A stretch of 63,518 nucleotides of DNA, the filler included, from Squatina squatina (Eukaryota): the NCBI GenBank assembly GCA_031763465.1. It is 3 parts of 3 records of this genome, joined end to end, with 100 filler letters (N's around TTAATTAATTAA, not from the genome) between each part and the next. Parts side by side here need not be neighbours in the genome. Positions count along the whole stretch, not along the records: positions 19,113 to 40,017 come from JARFOE010000013.1; 2 more parts are not named here. One strand, 5' to 3'. Positions 23,978 to 35,300 of this stretch are shown piece after piece. The number at the start of each line of letters is the position of its first letter. Position 1 is the stretch's first letter. The translations under genes and the position numbers were made by a program. Under the pieces are notes generated by a model. The model was not told the DNA's origin. It saw nothing but the letters and a program-made list of their open reading frames with translations, and did no database searches.

Positions 23978-24188
23978 TTACAAAAGGTTTTGATAGAGTG
24001 GATACAGAGAGAGTGTTTTCACTTGTGGGGAAGAGCAAAACTAGAGGCCATCAATATAAGATAGTCACCAAAAATCAAATAGGGAATTCAGAAGGAACCT
24101 CTTCACCCAAAGTGTGGTGAGAATGTGGAACTCATTACCACAGGGAGTGGTTGAAGTGACTAATATAGCGGCATTTAAGGGGAGGCTA
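23978..24188 (+). mobile_element. CR1 ORF2 C-terminal fragment
   Basis: VRMWNSLPQGVVEVTNIAAFKGRL. Confidence 0.8.
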
Positions 24189-24734
24189 NNNNNNNNNNNN
24201 NNNNNNNNNNNNNNNNNNNNNNNNNNNNNNNNNNNNNNNNNNNNNNNNNNNNNNNNNNNNNNNNNNNNNNNNNNNNNNNNNNNNNNNNAGAAAACAAATT
24301 CATTTCTTGCTATAGAAATATCCTCAAAACTAAATTATGATTTGGATAGAAATAACATATGTGGTTGTATTGTAATGTGGAACAGAGGAACATCTGATTA
24401 ATCAAAGCCCAAGGCTTTGCAGTCTCATTTTTAATAAAATTGCCCAATCTCTCTTTCAACTTATTATGGAAGTCTCCATTATTATGTAAGTTAACAATGG
24501 TTGAGTGGCTAGTTGAATGTTGAATGGTTGAAAGGAAACCCCAATTTCAGCTGAGAGCAGCTGAGCATTTTTGAGGATACATTGATAATGTAATAATTAA
24601 GGAAAGAAGGATAATGTAATAATTATATTGCAATGTCACAGTGGAATAATATATTAAGTACAAGCTGTTTTGAAGGAGAGGGAAATAAACTATGGAAACA
24701 GTTCAGTTGTTTGGCAAATGAATAATACAGAAGG

Positions 24735-25147
24735 AAAATGAACTTGTAATTATATGGAACCTCCACAACCTCAGGACATCCCAAAGTGCTTCAGTCAATG
24801 GTGCACTTTTGTATTGTAGTTACTGTTGTGGTGTAGCGATTATGTGGCAACTAATTTGCACACAGCAGGATTCCACAAACAGCAGTGAGATAAATGACCA
24901 GATAATGTGTTTCTGGTGGTTTTGGTTGAGGGATCAATGTCGGCCAGCCCAACGGAAGAACTGCCCCATTTTTCTTTGCAAAGTGCAATGGGTACTTTAA
25001 TGTGCGCCTGAGAGGACAGATAGTGCCTCGGTTTAAAATTTCTTTTGATAGTCAGCACCTAAATTATGTGCTCCGTTTTCTGGAATGGGGCTTGAACTAA
25101 TGACCTTCTGACTAGTGGCACGTGCTACCACTGAACCAAGGCTGACA
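24735..25147 (-). mobile_element. Near full-length DeuSINE (SacSINE1/AmnSINE1-like)
   Basis: tRNA-like head (tgtcagccttggttcagtggtagcac..gttcaagccc), Deu core ttaaaccgaggcactatctgtcctctcagg, ttatctggtcatt..tgctgtttgtgga, and tail. Confidence 0.8.
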
Positions 25148-25149
25148 TC

Positions 25150-25385
25150 TTCCCAATGTTTACGTGGAGGAAATTGCAGCTCATCCAAGACTGGATAGTG
25201 GACAAGCAGTCTGACAACACAAAGGCAGTGGAGAAGTCAAGAGAGGTAGTGGAGCTGGGTGTCATCAGCATTCATGTGGAAGCTGACCCCCATGTCTGTG
25301 GATGATGTCACCATGGTGCAAAAGATCCTTGGGGGCCGCTGACGGTAATTGTCTGGGGACGGGAAGAGAAGTCATTCCAGTCTAC
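25150..25385 (-). mobile_element. L2 LINE RT fragment
   Basis: Reverse complement ccccaaggatc (PQGS) and ttccacatgaatgctgatgacacccagctc (FHMNADDTQL). Confidence 0.75.
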
Positions 25386-25409
25386 ACCCCAAGTTTCCAA
25401 CCCGTCTGT

Positions 25410-25880
25410 CACTCCTACTTTATTAATACCATCCTGGCCATTATTCCTTTGAACTGTCCTGTCTTGTTCCTCTGCCGTGGTGCACAGTGTGGATGGAACA
25501 CCTGCCAGTACATTGCACATTCTCTGCTGCTGCTCCAGAAATATCCAGTTTGTCGACCCCCACCCCCACTCCCGAGCTACAGCATCTGCGTTCAGCTGAG
25601 CAGAGCTTGGAGAGTACTGCGCCGTCCAACGGGGACTCTTTACTGCTGTCCCTGACTCCACCATCTGCTCCTGCTCATGTGTGAAGTGCGAGTCACCATG
25701 TGAAAACCCAATTATCTTTATAAGGTCTCCCACCGAAGTGCGAGTATTTGAGCTTCTGCATGGACTGCATAAGTCCTGCGACGGTGCACCCTCCAAGGGA
25801 TTGACATCCTTTGAAGAGTCGGTGACAGCGTCAGTAATTTGGATTAAATCCTTCGGGACACGTGAAGGCCCTGTGGGAGA
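25410..25880 (-). mobile_element. Possible Harbinger accessory-ORF remnant
   Basis: Open Ser/Thr-rich stretch ending FLEQQQRMCNVLAGVPSTL, resembling the linker and coiled-coil of Harbinger Myb/SANT partner proteins. No clear host gene match. Confidence 0.4.
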
Positions 25881-25954
25881 TAAAAGACATGAATAAATGC
25901 TGTCAAGGTAAGAATGTTTGAAGTTATCGTAATGCATATGATCAGATTTCACTC

Positions 25955-26127
25955 ACTGGGTGACTGGGTTTTATGTAATGAGAAAGGACTGATTAGCAAT
26001 CTTGTGGTGCGAGGGAAGAGCGATCATAATATGATAGAATTCTTCATTAGGATGGAGAGTGACACAGTTGACACAGAGACTAGGGTCCTGAATTTAAATA
26101 AAGGAAACTACGATGGTATGAGGCGCG
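25955..26127 (+). mobile_element. CR1 endonuclease C-terminal fragment
   Basis: DWVLCNEKGLISNLVVRGKSDHNMIEF..LNLNKGNYDGMR (APE SDH motif). Confidence 0.85.
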
Positions 26128-27447
26128 NNNNNNNNNNNNNNNNNNNNNNNNNNNNNNNNNNNNNNNNNNNNNNNNNNNNNNNNNNNNNNNNNNNNNNNNN
26201 NNNNNNNNNNNNNNNNNNNNNNNNNNNAAACTCTGGAATTCAGGTTGGAAGCAAGCTGTGGAATTTGCATCCACACCACGAATAGGTCAGTTCACTATGG
26301 GCCCCTTAACATTAAAGTTTGCACGTATTTGAACGCTCAAATTGTAAAGTGACTAATTGGGGGCTTCACTGAAAATTTTCTAAGAGTCCCATTTCCAGCG
26401 CAAAATTTGGCACTTAGCTCTTAAAAACCCGAATTGGCCGCCCGAGGTGTTGTTCCTCAAGCTTACGTTTAGCTTCATTGGAACAGCGTAAGAGGGCAAG
26501 GACAGAAAGGTCAGAGTGGGCATGGTCTAAACTAAAATGACAGGCTGAACTTCAACTCTAAAATTTGCATAAATGAAAGCAGAATTGTCTGTTCAATCTT
26601 TAAGTTACATTTAAGCCACAGCAGTGTTGTTCACGTGGAGTTCCTTTTTATTTAACAGTGTATGAGAGGATGTTGGTGCAAACGGCTGTCTACATTTCTG
26701 AGGGTATGAGCATTTAAAAGTTTTCATGGGAAAATCTGAGCTACTTGGGCCTGGTCCAGGAAATCTAGTTTGCTTGTTTGACAGGTAACAATTACAGGGT
26801 AATAGTTTGCCTTAGAGGAATGTGGCTGTTTGGGGCCCAGTCCCAGAGAGATCTGGTTTACCTGTTAGCAGGTGGAGCCTGTACGTTTTAGGTAAGTATG
26901 TACACACAGCATTCCAGGGAATCAATTTACTGTTCAAGGCACAAGAATGACTGCAGGGTAAATAAGGATTGGCTGAAATGAGGATTGCTAGAATTTAATT
27001 CTGAACTTTAGAGTGATTCAAAAGGGTGAATACTTACTACATGCACTATATGTGATGTGCAAACCCGATACACGTAACACTCAAGAGGGAATCTTCCACC
27101 ATGATATGCAGTTTAATATGACAATGTAGAAAATTTGCTATACAGTTAACAAAACACAATCTTAAATGATTTGCGTGCATGTTTCAAAAAAAACTTATCA
27201 TGATTTGCATCATTTGGTCCTAATTACTAAATGCTAATGTGGGTGCTGCAAAATGGCTGCTTTGCATAAGAACAGTCAGGCTCACTACATAAATTAAGCA
27301 CATTGCATGCAAATGTTCAGCCTACTAAGTTTTTTTTTGTGCAAACTNNNNNNNNNNNNNNNNNNNNNNNNNNNNNNNNNNNNNNNNNNNNNNNNNNNNN
27401 NNNNNNNNNNNNNNNNNNNNNNNNNNNNNNNNNNNNNNNNNNNNNNN

Positions 27448-28100
27448 CAGACAGTGATCAGGGAGAGGGATGGAGTTGAGGGCTAGGGCACAGAGTTTGT
27501 GGCAGGGACCGAAGGCAAAGGCTTTGGTCTTCCCAATATTTAGTTGGCATATTTCTGCTATGTCAGACAAGCAATGCGACAAATCAGGGACGGTGGAGGG
27601 ATTGCAAGAGGTTGTGGTGATTCCAGATGATTCTCTGGCTACGACTGGATAGATGAGAATGGAACCAGGTGAGGTCAGACCCAGCCAGCTTGCCAACGGA
27701 GGAGAGGCATTGGAGGAGGGTGATGTAGTCAACCTGTCAAAGGCTGAAGACAGGTTGAGAAGGATGAGGAGGGATAGCTTACCACCGTCACAGTCAGACT
27801 GGATGTCATTTGTGACTTTGATAAGTGCTGCTTCTGTGCTGTGGCAGGATGGAAACCTGATTGGAGGTGTTCAAACGCGGAGTTGCAGCAATGATGGGCA
27901 CAGATCTGGGAGGCGAGGACTTTGGAGAGGAAAGGGAAGTTGGGGATGAGGTGGTAGTTTCCAATGACAAAGGGGTCATGGGTGGATCTTTGAAGAGCGT
28001 CGTGATGGCGATAGATTTGAAGGGGAGGGGGACAGTACCTGAGGAGAGGGAACCGTTAACAATATCAGCCAACATGACGGCCAGGAAGGGAAGTTGGGTG
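27448..28100 (-). mobile_element. L2 LINE RT fragment
   Basis: MLADIVNGSLSSGTVPLPFKSIAITTL; LNIGKTKA. Confidence 0.8.
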
Positions 28101-29334
28101 ACATTAAAACAAAAGAAGAGATTAAAAAAAAAATTGACACTTGGTTTCCTTTTTCTACCCCAACATCATTACTTATTTAATAACGAATAGTGTACTTCAG
28201 AGGTAAATTCAATTAATAATTATTGAGGGCTTTTTNNNNNNNNNNNNNNNNNNNNNNNNNNNNNNNNNNNNNNNNNNNNNNNNNNNNNNNNNNNNNNNNN
28301 NNNNNNNNNNNNNNNNNNNNNNNNNNNNNNNNNNNGAACTACTCTAAATCTTATAGGTAGCTGTGGAGGGAGAGACTGAGCCACAGACACAGAACACACA
28401 ATATCAGAAGCAATCACATATTGGCACTAAGGAAAATACAGAAAACTAAGCTTTAACTGGAAAAAAACTACATTTTGCAATATAAAATAAAGACTACTCT
28501 ACAGTTTTAAGAACTCTACTTCTTGCCAAGCCAGCCAAATACTCAAGTGCCTGTTAATGTGGGCAAGATTAACATGAAATCCAGTATGAGACTAATCAAC
28601 ATATATCTGCAAGTATAATGAGACTCGCACTGGATACCAACAAAGGCTACCAAAAGCTGGCTGTCTTCTTTGCTGCAAAATGCAGTGTACAGCACATTGG
28701 GCACACAGATATGCATGCTCAATTTCAACTTCTGTTACCGATTAGCCAGACTCCACGTTACCATCAGAGCCTTGAGAGTGCAGGGCTCTAATTTCCAGGC
28801 TATGTCTTGTATAATGACTTGTCACCACCTATTATAGTTGTAATAAAAACTGTTTCTCACCTCCCAAATTATATCCAGAAACATCCTTTATAAAACAAGG
28901 TGATGGCTGATAGTCCCTTTCCTGCTGGACCAGTTTTCATCCGTGCTAAAGAGGTCACTTCTCCTTCTCTACATTTCTCCCTGTCTCTCCATCCCCCTAC
29001 ATAGTTTCCCTCAGTAACTAACTTCAAAGAAATGATCAGCATACCTCCACTTATTTTTCTAGCCTCTGGTTCCCTTGCTACCTACTGTGAAGCTTTACTC
29101 TAGCTGCTGGCCACCAGCATAGTTGATGTGACCTGTATGTCCTCTGGTGGAGTCCCCTGGAGAACCAGGCCTTGAAATACACAGTTGGATAAAAGCATAT
29201 GATCATTTAATGCATTCAGCTGAAATTTCCCTCTNNNNNNNNNNNNNNNNNNNNNNNNNNNNNNNNNNNNNNNNNNNNNNNNNNNNNNNNNNNNNNNNNN
29301 NNNNNNNNNNNNNNNNNNNNNNNNNNNNNNNNNN

Positions 29335-30200
29335 CTTGAGGATGCCGATGGTGTGCTCTATAATGTTCATTGTGGCAACGTGGCTCTCACTGTTGGCCTG
29401 CTCTGCATGTGTGCATGGGTTCCGGACTGGAGTTATGAGCCATGTCATGAGTGGATAACCTTTGTTGCTCAGTAGCCAGCTTTTGACTTGCCGTGTTGGG
29501 TCAAATACAGAGAGTCCTGCTTCAAAATGAAGAAATTGTGACTGCTGCCAGGAAAACGGGCATTCGCCTGCATGATGCAATGGCTATGGTCACACACCAG
29601 TTACACATTGAGGGATTGGAATCCCTTTCAGTTCATGAAAATGAGTTCAGATGAGGTGCATGCAAGACAATGTGCATGCAGTCAATGGCACCTTGTAACA
29701 TGGGGAAGCCTGCAATCCATGCAAACCCTCGTGCTCACTCCGCCTCCTGGTCTCTGCTAAGAGGGAATGAGATGAAACTGTCTCTCTTTGTACAGAAAGC
29801 CTCAGTGACCTCCCGTATGCAGCGGTGTACTGCAAACTGCGAGATGTTGGTTATATCTCCAGTAGCAGTCTGGAAGGAGCCAGATGCATAAAGTTAAGAG
29901 CCACAGTCATTTTGGCAGCCACTGGAAATGCGGTCCTTGCCCTCCTTTGGCTGCAATAGTTGGCAGATTCCAGCCACAACCTTTTTAGTGAAGCCCAGAC
30001 GTCTCAAGCATTGGTTCTCGCTGAAGTTGAGGTAAAAGGATTGCTCCCTAAAGACCCCGGGTGGATTTGGCCTCCTACTGAGATCTCTTCTACGCCCTCC
30101 ACCTCCCCCCTCTAGGAACTTCTGCTGCTCTGTGTGGCGTCTCTTCAGTCTCCCAGTCATGCTCAATTCCAAGTGGAAGGCCTACCAGGTCACACATGCC
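29335..30200 (-). mobile_element. PIF/Harbinger DDE transposase pseudogene
   Basis: VFREQSFYLNFSENQCLRRLGFTKKVVAGICQLLQP ... WLLSNKGYPLMTWLITPVRNP..E...N.SH..T.NIIEHTIGILK. Frameshifted; the catalytic GD-GY reads SNKGY. Confidence 0.88.
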
Positions 30201-30619
30201 TGGAAGCAACTTGTTTCAGCACAAGTCTTTAAACCACCAATAAATTACTTCAGTGCCAGCCAGACCACTTCCTGTAGACTGTTAAAACTATAGGTAAGTA
30301 CACGAAAGCTCTAAGCAGATGGAGAATTGCACCAACANNNNNNNNNNNNNNNNNNNNNNNNNNNNNNNNNNNNNNNNNNNNNNNNNNNNNNNNNNNNNNN
30401 NNNNNNNNNNNNNNNNNNNNNNNNNNNNNNNNNNNNNCTTGGCATCTTCGAACGGCCAACCAAGGCAGACGTTGCTGCCCCCGAGCTAGCATCAACCCAA
30501 GTTGCCCTATCTTACTCACTCCCTGCCCTCCCCACCCTAAGCGCCTGCTGCAAGCTAATTTCGCCAACCTCCTCCCTGGCCCTCCGTGTTCTGCCCCTCT
30601 GGACTCCACCAATAAATTA

Positions 30620-31279
30620 GGTATCATCGCCCCTCTCCACATTTCCCTTCAAAATGTACATTCAGGTAAATAAAGGCCTTGCCATCCATGAGCTTATTGT
30701 GGACGATCGCACTGATATCATGGCATTGACGGATGGTTGAGGGGTGATGACACCTTTCCACTTAATGAAGCTTCCCCACCTGGCTATATCTTCTACTATT
30801 TGCCCCACTCAAACTGCCACAGTGGTGGTGTAGACCTTATCTCTCAATCACACATTGGAGTGTCTTCTGCTCCTTTGGCAACTTCAACAACAACAACGTG
30901 TGTTTATAGAGCACCGTTAACATAGTCAAACGTCCCAAGGCGCTTCACAGGAGTACTATGGGATAAAAAATTTGACATAAGGTAGAGAAATACGGGCAGA
31001 TGAGCAAAAGCTTGGTCAAAGAGTAGGTTTTAAGGAGCATCTTAAAAGAGGAAAGAGAGGTGGAGAGTTTTAGGCAGGGAACTCCTCCTCCTTTGAGCAT
31101 CTCACCTTGTTCCACCCATCACGTCTCCCTTTTAGAATCCTTGTTCTTTATTGCCTACCCAAGTATCAAACCAACTTTGTTACTGAGATATCTTCTCTGC
31201 TTTCCTCCTTCTGCCTCTGCACTGAGCGACTTCTCATCTTCAGACATTTCAACCTCCATCTCAACTCTTTTTGTTCCCT
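30620..31279 (+). mobile_element. L2 endonuclease fragment with a nested minus-strand L2 3' end (about 30885-31080)
   Basis: LNEASPPGYIF..GGGV; FRILVLYCLPK..F..E; nested aacaacaac..cccaaggcgcttcacagg tail. Confidence 0.7.
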
Positions 31280-31379
31280 NNNNNNNNNNNNNNNNNNNNN
31301 NNNNNNNNNNNNNNNNNNNNNNNNNNNNNNNNNNNNNNNNNNNNNNNNNNNNNNNNNNNNNNNNNNNNNNNNNNNNNNN

Positions 31380-31667
31380 ACGAGCGAGCTGGAGCAGAAG
31401 GCCAAGCTGGCCGAGCCGGCCGAGCGCTACGACGACATGGCGGCCTCGATGAAGGCGGTGACCGAGCAGGGCCTGGAGCTCTCCAACGAGGAGCGTAATC
31501 TGCTGTCGGTGGCCTACAAGAACGTGGTGGGGGCGCGGCGCTCGTCCTGGCGGGTCATCTCCAGCATCGAGCAGAAGACCGAGAGCAACGAGAAGAAGCA
31601 GCAGATGGCCCGCGAGTACCGGGAGAAGATCGAAGCCGAGCTGCGGGACATCTGCAACGATGTGCTG
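31380..31667 (+). CDS. YWHAZ: 14-3-3 zeta, first coding exon (about 2 codons lost in the gap)
   Basis: [89 protein letters not shown], donor |gtgaga. Zeta call rests on the GEGGEN C-terminus, the 3'UTR and the PABPC1 neighbour. Confidence 0.9.
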
Positions 31668-31697
31668 GTGAGAGGAGGAGGGAGAGGGCGGCATTTG

Positions 31698-32012
31698 GGT
31701 GCAGAAAAGGCATTGGAGACGTCGGGGTGGTCTCATTCAATGTCTCTATACTGACCGTCATTAATCTTTTTAAAAATGTTCATTTAGTTAATGGGTGAAA
31801 GGTTAGGTGCAGCAAAGGCACTGAGGAGGAGGTGGTGAAGGGTGGGTTTCTCATTCAATCTATGCTGACTATCTTTAATCTTTTAAAAAATGTTCAGTTA
31901 GTTAATTGCTGAAAGGTTAGGTGCAGAAAAGGAATGGGGGGTTTCTCATTCAATGTCTATACTGGCCGTCTTTTTAAAAAAAAATGTTCATTTAATTAGT
32001 GAAAGGTTTGGG
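31698..32012 (+). repeat. Three-copy degenerate minisatellite (units about 108, 114 and 92 bp)
   Basis: Units start ggtgcag at 31698, 31806 and 31920; each has tctcattcaat..tttaaaaa..tgttca..gaaaggtt. Confidence 0.85.
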
Positions 32013-33139
32013 AGGGAGTGTGGTGTGGAGAGTTANNNNNNNNNNNNNNNNNNNNNNNNNNNNNNNNNNNNNNNNNNNNNNNNNNNNNNNNNNNNNNNNN
32101 NNNNNNNNNNNNNNNNNNNNNNNNNNNNNNNNNNNTTATTAAAGACAGGGTAGGTCGCCATTTACAATCCAGCACTCCTTTACACACCCACATATTTGGT
32201 TTAAGCTAATTTCCGGAATGTGTTTCTGCTTCTGCAACTGTTGTCTTCAGGGGGAGCGGAGCGGTTTCTTTATCTGGAGATTGTCGCTGGGGAGGACGAC
32301 AGATTTCTTTAAATTTTTATAATGGGGCTGTTTTTGTCTGGAAATAAGCCAATCCTTTTTTTTTAATGCTCATTCTCTCTCCATCTCCCTCCCCTCACGT
32401 CTCGCTTCCCTTTCTGTAAATGGAGGAAATCTGCGGTTGCTCATAGTGTGATCCTCGGCTCAGAGGGCGGGCGCTGCGAGATGTGAACAATCCTTATTAC
32501 CGACTAGCCGCAGCGTTTTATTTGTCTCCGCTTTGACCTTGTTTCCATAAATCTGATCATTCCAAGCTTCCCATAAGGAATCTGCCACTGGGATAAGTTG
32601 CAACAGACGGTTTTTTTTAAGAGGGGCTCTGGGTTAGGTGAACGAAACGCAGCCAGATTTTTTTGGGCGTTGCCGGCAATTATTTTCGCTGCTGCCGACC
32701 TTAGATTAAACGCCACTGGGCCACGATTTTATGCGTTCCTTGGTAGTGTTTCCTAATTCAAAGACACATAATTTAAAATGCGAGTTTAAACAAAAAATCG
32801 ACTATCTCCCGCCACACTTCTCCACTGATGACGATAAAACTTTCGCTCTTTAATCGGATTGGATTTATGTACATGCAAATCTAGCTCCGTGTTTNNNNNN
32901 NNNNNNNNNNNNNNNNNNNNNNNNNNNNNNNNNNNNNNNNNNNNNNNNNNNNNNNNNNNNNNNNNNNNNNNNNNNNNNNNNNNNNNNNNNNNNNTATCGC
33001 CATCTTCTCAGGGCAACTAGGAATCGGCAATAAATGCTGGCCTCGCCAGCGATGCCCACATCCCAGGAACAATTTTTTTTTAAATGGGGGTGTGAGCCAT
33101 CTGTGTGCAACTCTACCCTGTTTATCATTTATTTTAATT

Positions 33140-33460
33140 CTTTCTCGATAGTGGGCCTCACGGACAAGGCCGGCAGGTATTGCCCATCCCTAACTGCCCT
33201 TGAGAAGGTGGTGATGAGCCGCCTTCTTGAACCGCTGCAGTCCGTGTGGNNNNNNNNNNTCCCACAGTGCTGTTAGGGAGGGAGTTCCAGGATTTTGATC
33301 CAGTGACCATGAAGGAACAGCCGATATATTTCTAAGTCAGGATGGTGTGTGACTTGGAGGGGAACTTGGAGGTGATGGTGCTCCCATGCGCCTGCTGCCC
33401 TCGTCCTTCTAGGTGGTAGAGGTTGCGGGTTTGGAAGGTGCTGCTGAAGATGTTTGTTCG
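33140..33460 (-). mobile_element. CR1-group LINE 3' end (family of 8500-10478)
   Basis: Colinear with 8530-8800 (attgcccatccctaa.tgcccttga..gagccgccttcttgaacc). Confidence 0.85.
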
Positions 33461-33644
33461 TGCCACCACTCCTGGAAAAAACTGAAGCCAAATGGAGACC
33501 CAACAGCATCTCACAATCTAGTGTAATTTGGAGCCTTCGATACCAGAGACCATCTGGTTTATATCTTTGGGTGATGTTGATGGTGAGAGAGTGACTTGTC
33601 TGCTGTTAGTGCCTTCCTGTGATTAATTCAAGCCAATGCAACAG

Positions 33645-33920
33645 AACCCAAGCTCTCTGCGCTCCTCTAATTCTGGCCTCTTGAGCATCTCCGATTTTAA
33701 TCGCTCCACCATTGGTGGCCGTACCTTCAACTGCCAAGGGCCTAAGCTCTGGAATTCACTCCCTAAACCTCCCCACCTCTACCTCACTTTCCTGTTTTAA
33801 AATGCTCCTTAAAACTTAGCTCCTTGACCAAGCTCTGCCCTAATATCTCCTTATGTGTTTTGCTGTCAAATTTTATTTGATAACACTCCTGTGAAGTGCC
33901 TTAGGACATTTTACTAAATT
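33645..33920 (+). mobile_element. L2 3' end
   Basis: Colinear with 14420-14690. Confidence 0.85.
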
Positions 33921-33922
33921 AA

Positions 33923-34657
33923 GGGGGCGAAATTCCCTTATTTTTTCACCTCGTTAGCACCTCCGAGGTGTGTTAGTGGGGCGTAAATCAAATAAATGGC
34001 GGCAGGAGGCGGCCATCTTGCCTCCCGGAAAATTCCCTGGGTGGGGTCCCCGAGGTGCCCGGGGAACCTCGTGGGAGGTCGGCGCGCGACGTCATCAAAT
34101 CAGGCGCCGACCCTTATGCGCCGTGACACAACCCGTTACCGCCCCGTGTGCGCCTATGGGTGAAATTCCCCCACCGGACGCACGGGGCGGCGCTCCCGGT
34201 GGCAGCTTTTGCTGTCGCTGCTTGCACCCCTTAGAGATGAGGGCCAGAGCGCTGGAGGCCGCCATCTTTAATTGACAGGCGACCGGCCCGCCATTTCCTT
34301 GTCTGACAATCCTACTGGCCTGCTGGGCTGGTGGCCCGGTCAGTGGTCTCCCTGGTAGCCCACTGGTGGGCTGCGGGGATCCCTTGACTCAGCCGGCAAC
34401 CCTCCCCTTTATGGGAAGGGGTCGGGGCCACGGATAATGCCAGCGTGCCACGGGGCGCTGGCCTTGGCAGCATGGTGCTGATGTCATCAATGTTGCGCTG
34501 CTGATGCTCCCGCCCCGGCGCCAGCTCAATGGCCCAAGAATGAGGCGGACAGCGCTCCACCTCATTTCTGGGGCGTTACTTCGAATTCCGCGCCTGTGGC
34601 GAGAAGTTCGGGGCTGGCGCTAAAAATCCCAGTGCGGCACTCACCAACTGAGCCCCC
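33923..34657 (-). mobile_element. GC-rich non-autonomous DNA transposon (Harbinger-like)
   Basis: Ends gggggcgaaattccc and ccaactgagccccc; both resemble the ends of 57884-58094 in inverse orientation. Confidence 0.7.
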
Positions 34658-35126
34658 AATTTGTTTACCATTTCTTTTTTTTTTAAATCAAATCTCCCCT
34701 CAATTTGTTCTTGTAACTCCAAACTCTCATCCCTGATAAATCGGTTTCCACTTTTTCCAGGGGTTATTAAACCTTTCCTGCAGCAATGAACTCAAAGCTG
34801 CAGACACTTTTCTGAGATGTGGCTCTAGTTTTCTTGGAACAATGGAAAAACATTAGGTAAGCTCAATGTCACTGTGACTAATATGCAAGTGTCACCCTGA
34901 AAGAATACACCAATAAAACAAAACAAGCGGCTCAATCAACTAAAAATGAGAGAGAATTGTGAAGAATAAAAATATTGAAATAAAATGTAGTTTTTTTTCC
35001 CAGTACAAAGCTCATTGTACCTATGTAACTTGCATCGGCAAAAGTTCAGAGCAGGATTACATTTTGGTCACCCAGAAAAAAAGAGGACTTTTTGAATATT
35101 GTTGTGCGTTTCGTTTTGTGCATTTT

Positions 35127-35300
35127 CGTGTGTGTGTGTGCTTTTACGTGTGCGCGTATTTACGTGTGTGTGCGCGTATTTACGTGTGTGCGCGTATTTA
35201 CGTGCGCGTATTTGCGTGTGTGCGCGTATTTGCGTGTGTGTGTACTTACACCTGTGTGTGTGTATTTACACCTGTGTGTGTGTGTATTTACGTGTGTGTC
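35127..35300 (+). repeat. Compound (TG)n / atttacgtgtgtgcgcgt micro-minisatellite
   Basis: Directly visible 14-20 bp units. It accounts for the low-complexity ORFs at 34959-35527. Confidence 0.95.

Noticed and set aside
31155-31736. 193-aa antisense ORF over YWHAZ (also 39188-39940 over PABPC1 and 41832-42209 over col10a1)
   Set aside because: Shadow ORFs of GC-rich or repetitive coding exons, extended through N gaps.
31698-32012. CRISPR-like array
   Set aside because: Whole units are homologous with no unique spacers, there are no cas genes, and the context is a vertebrate intron.
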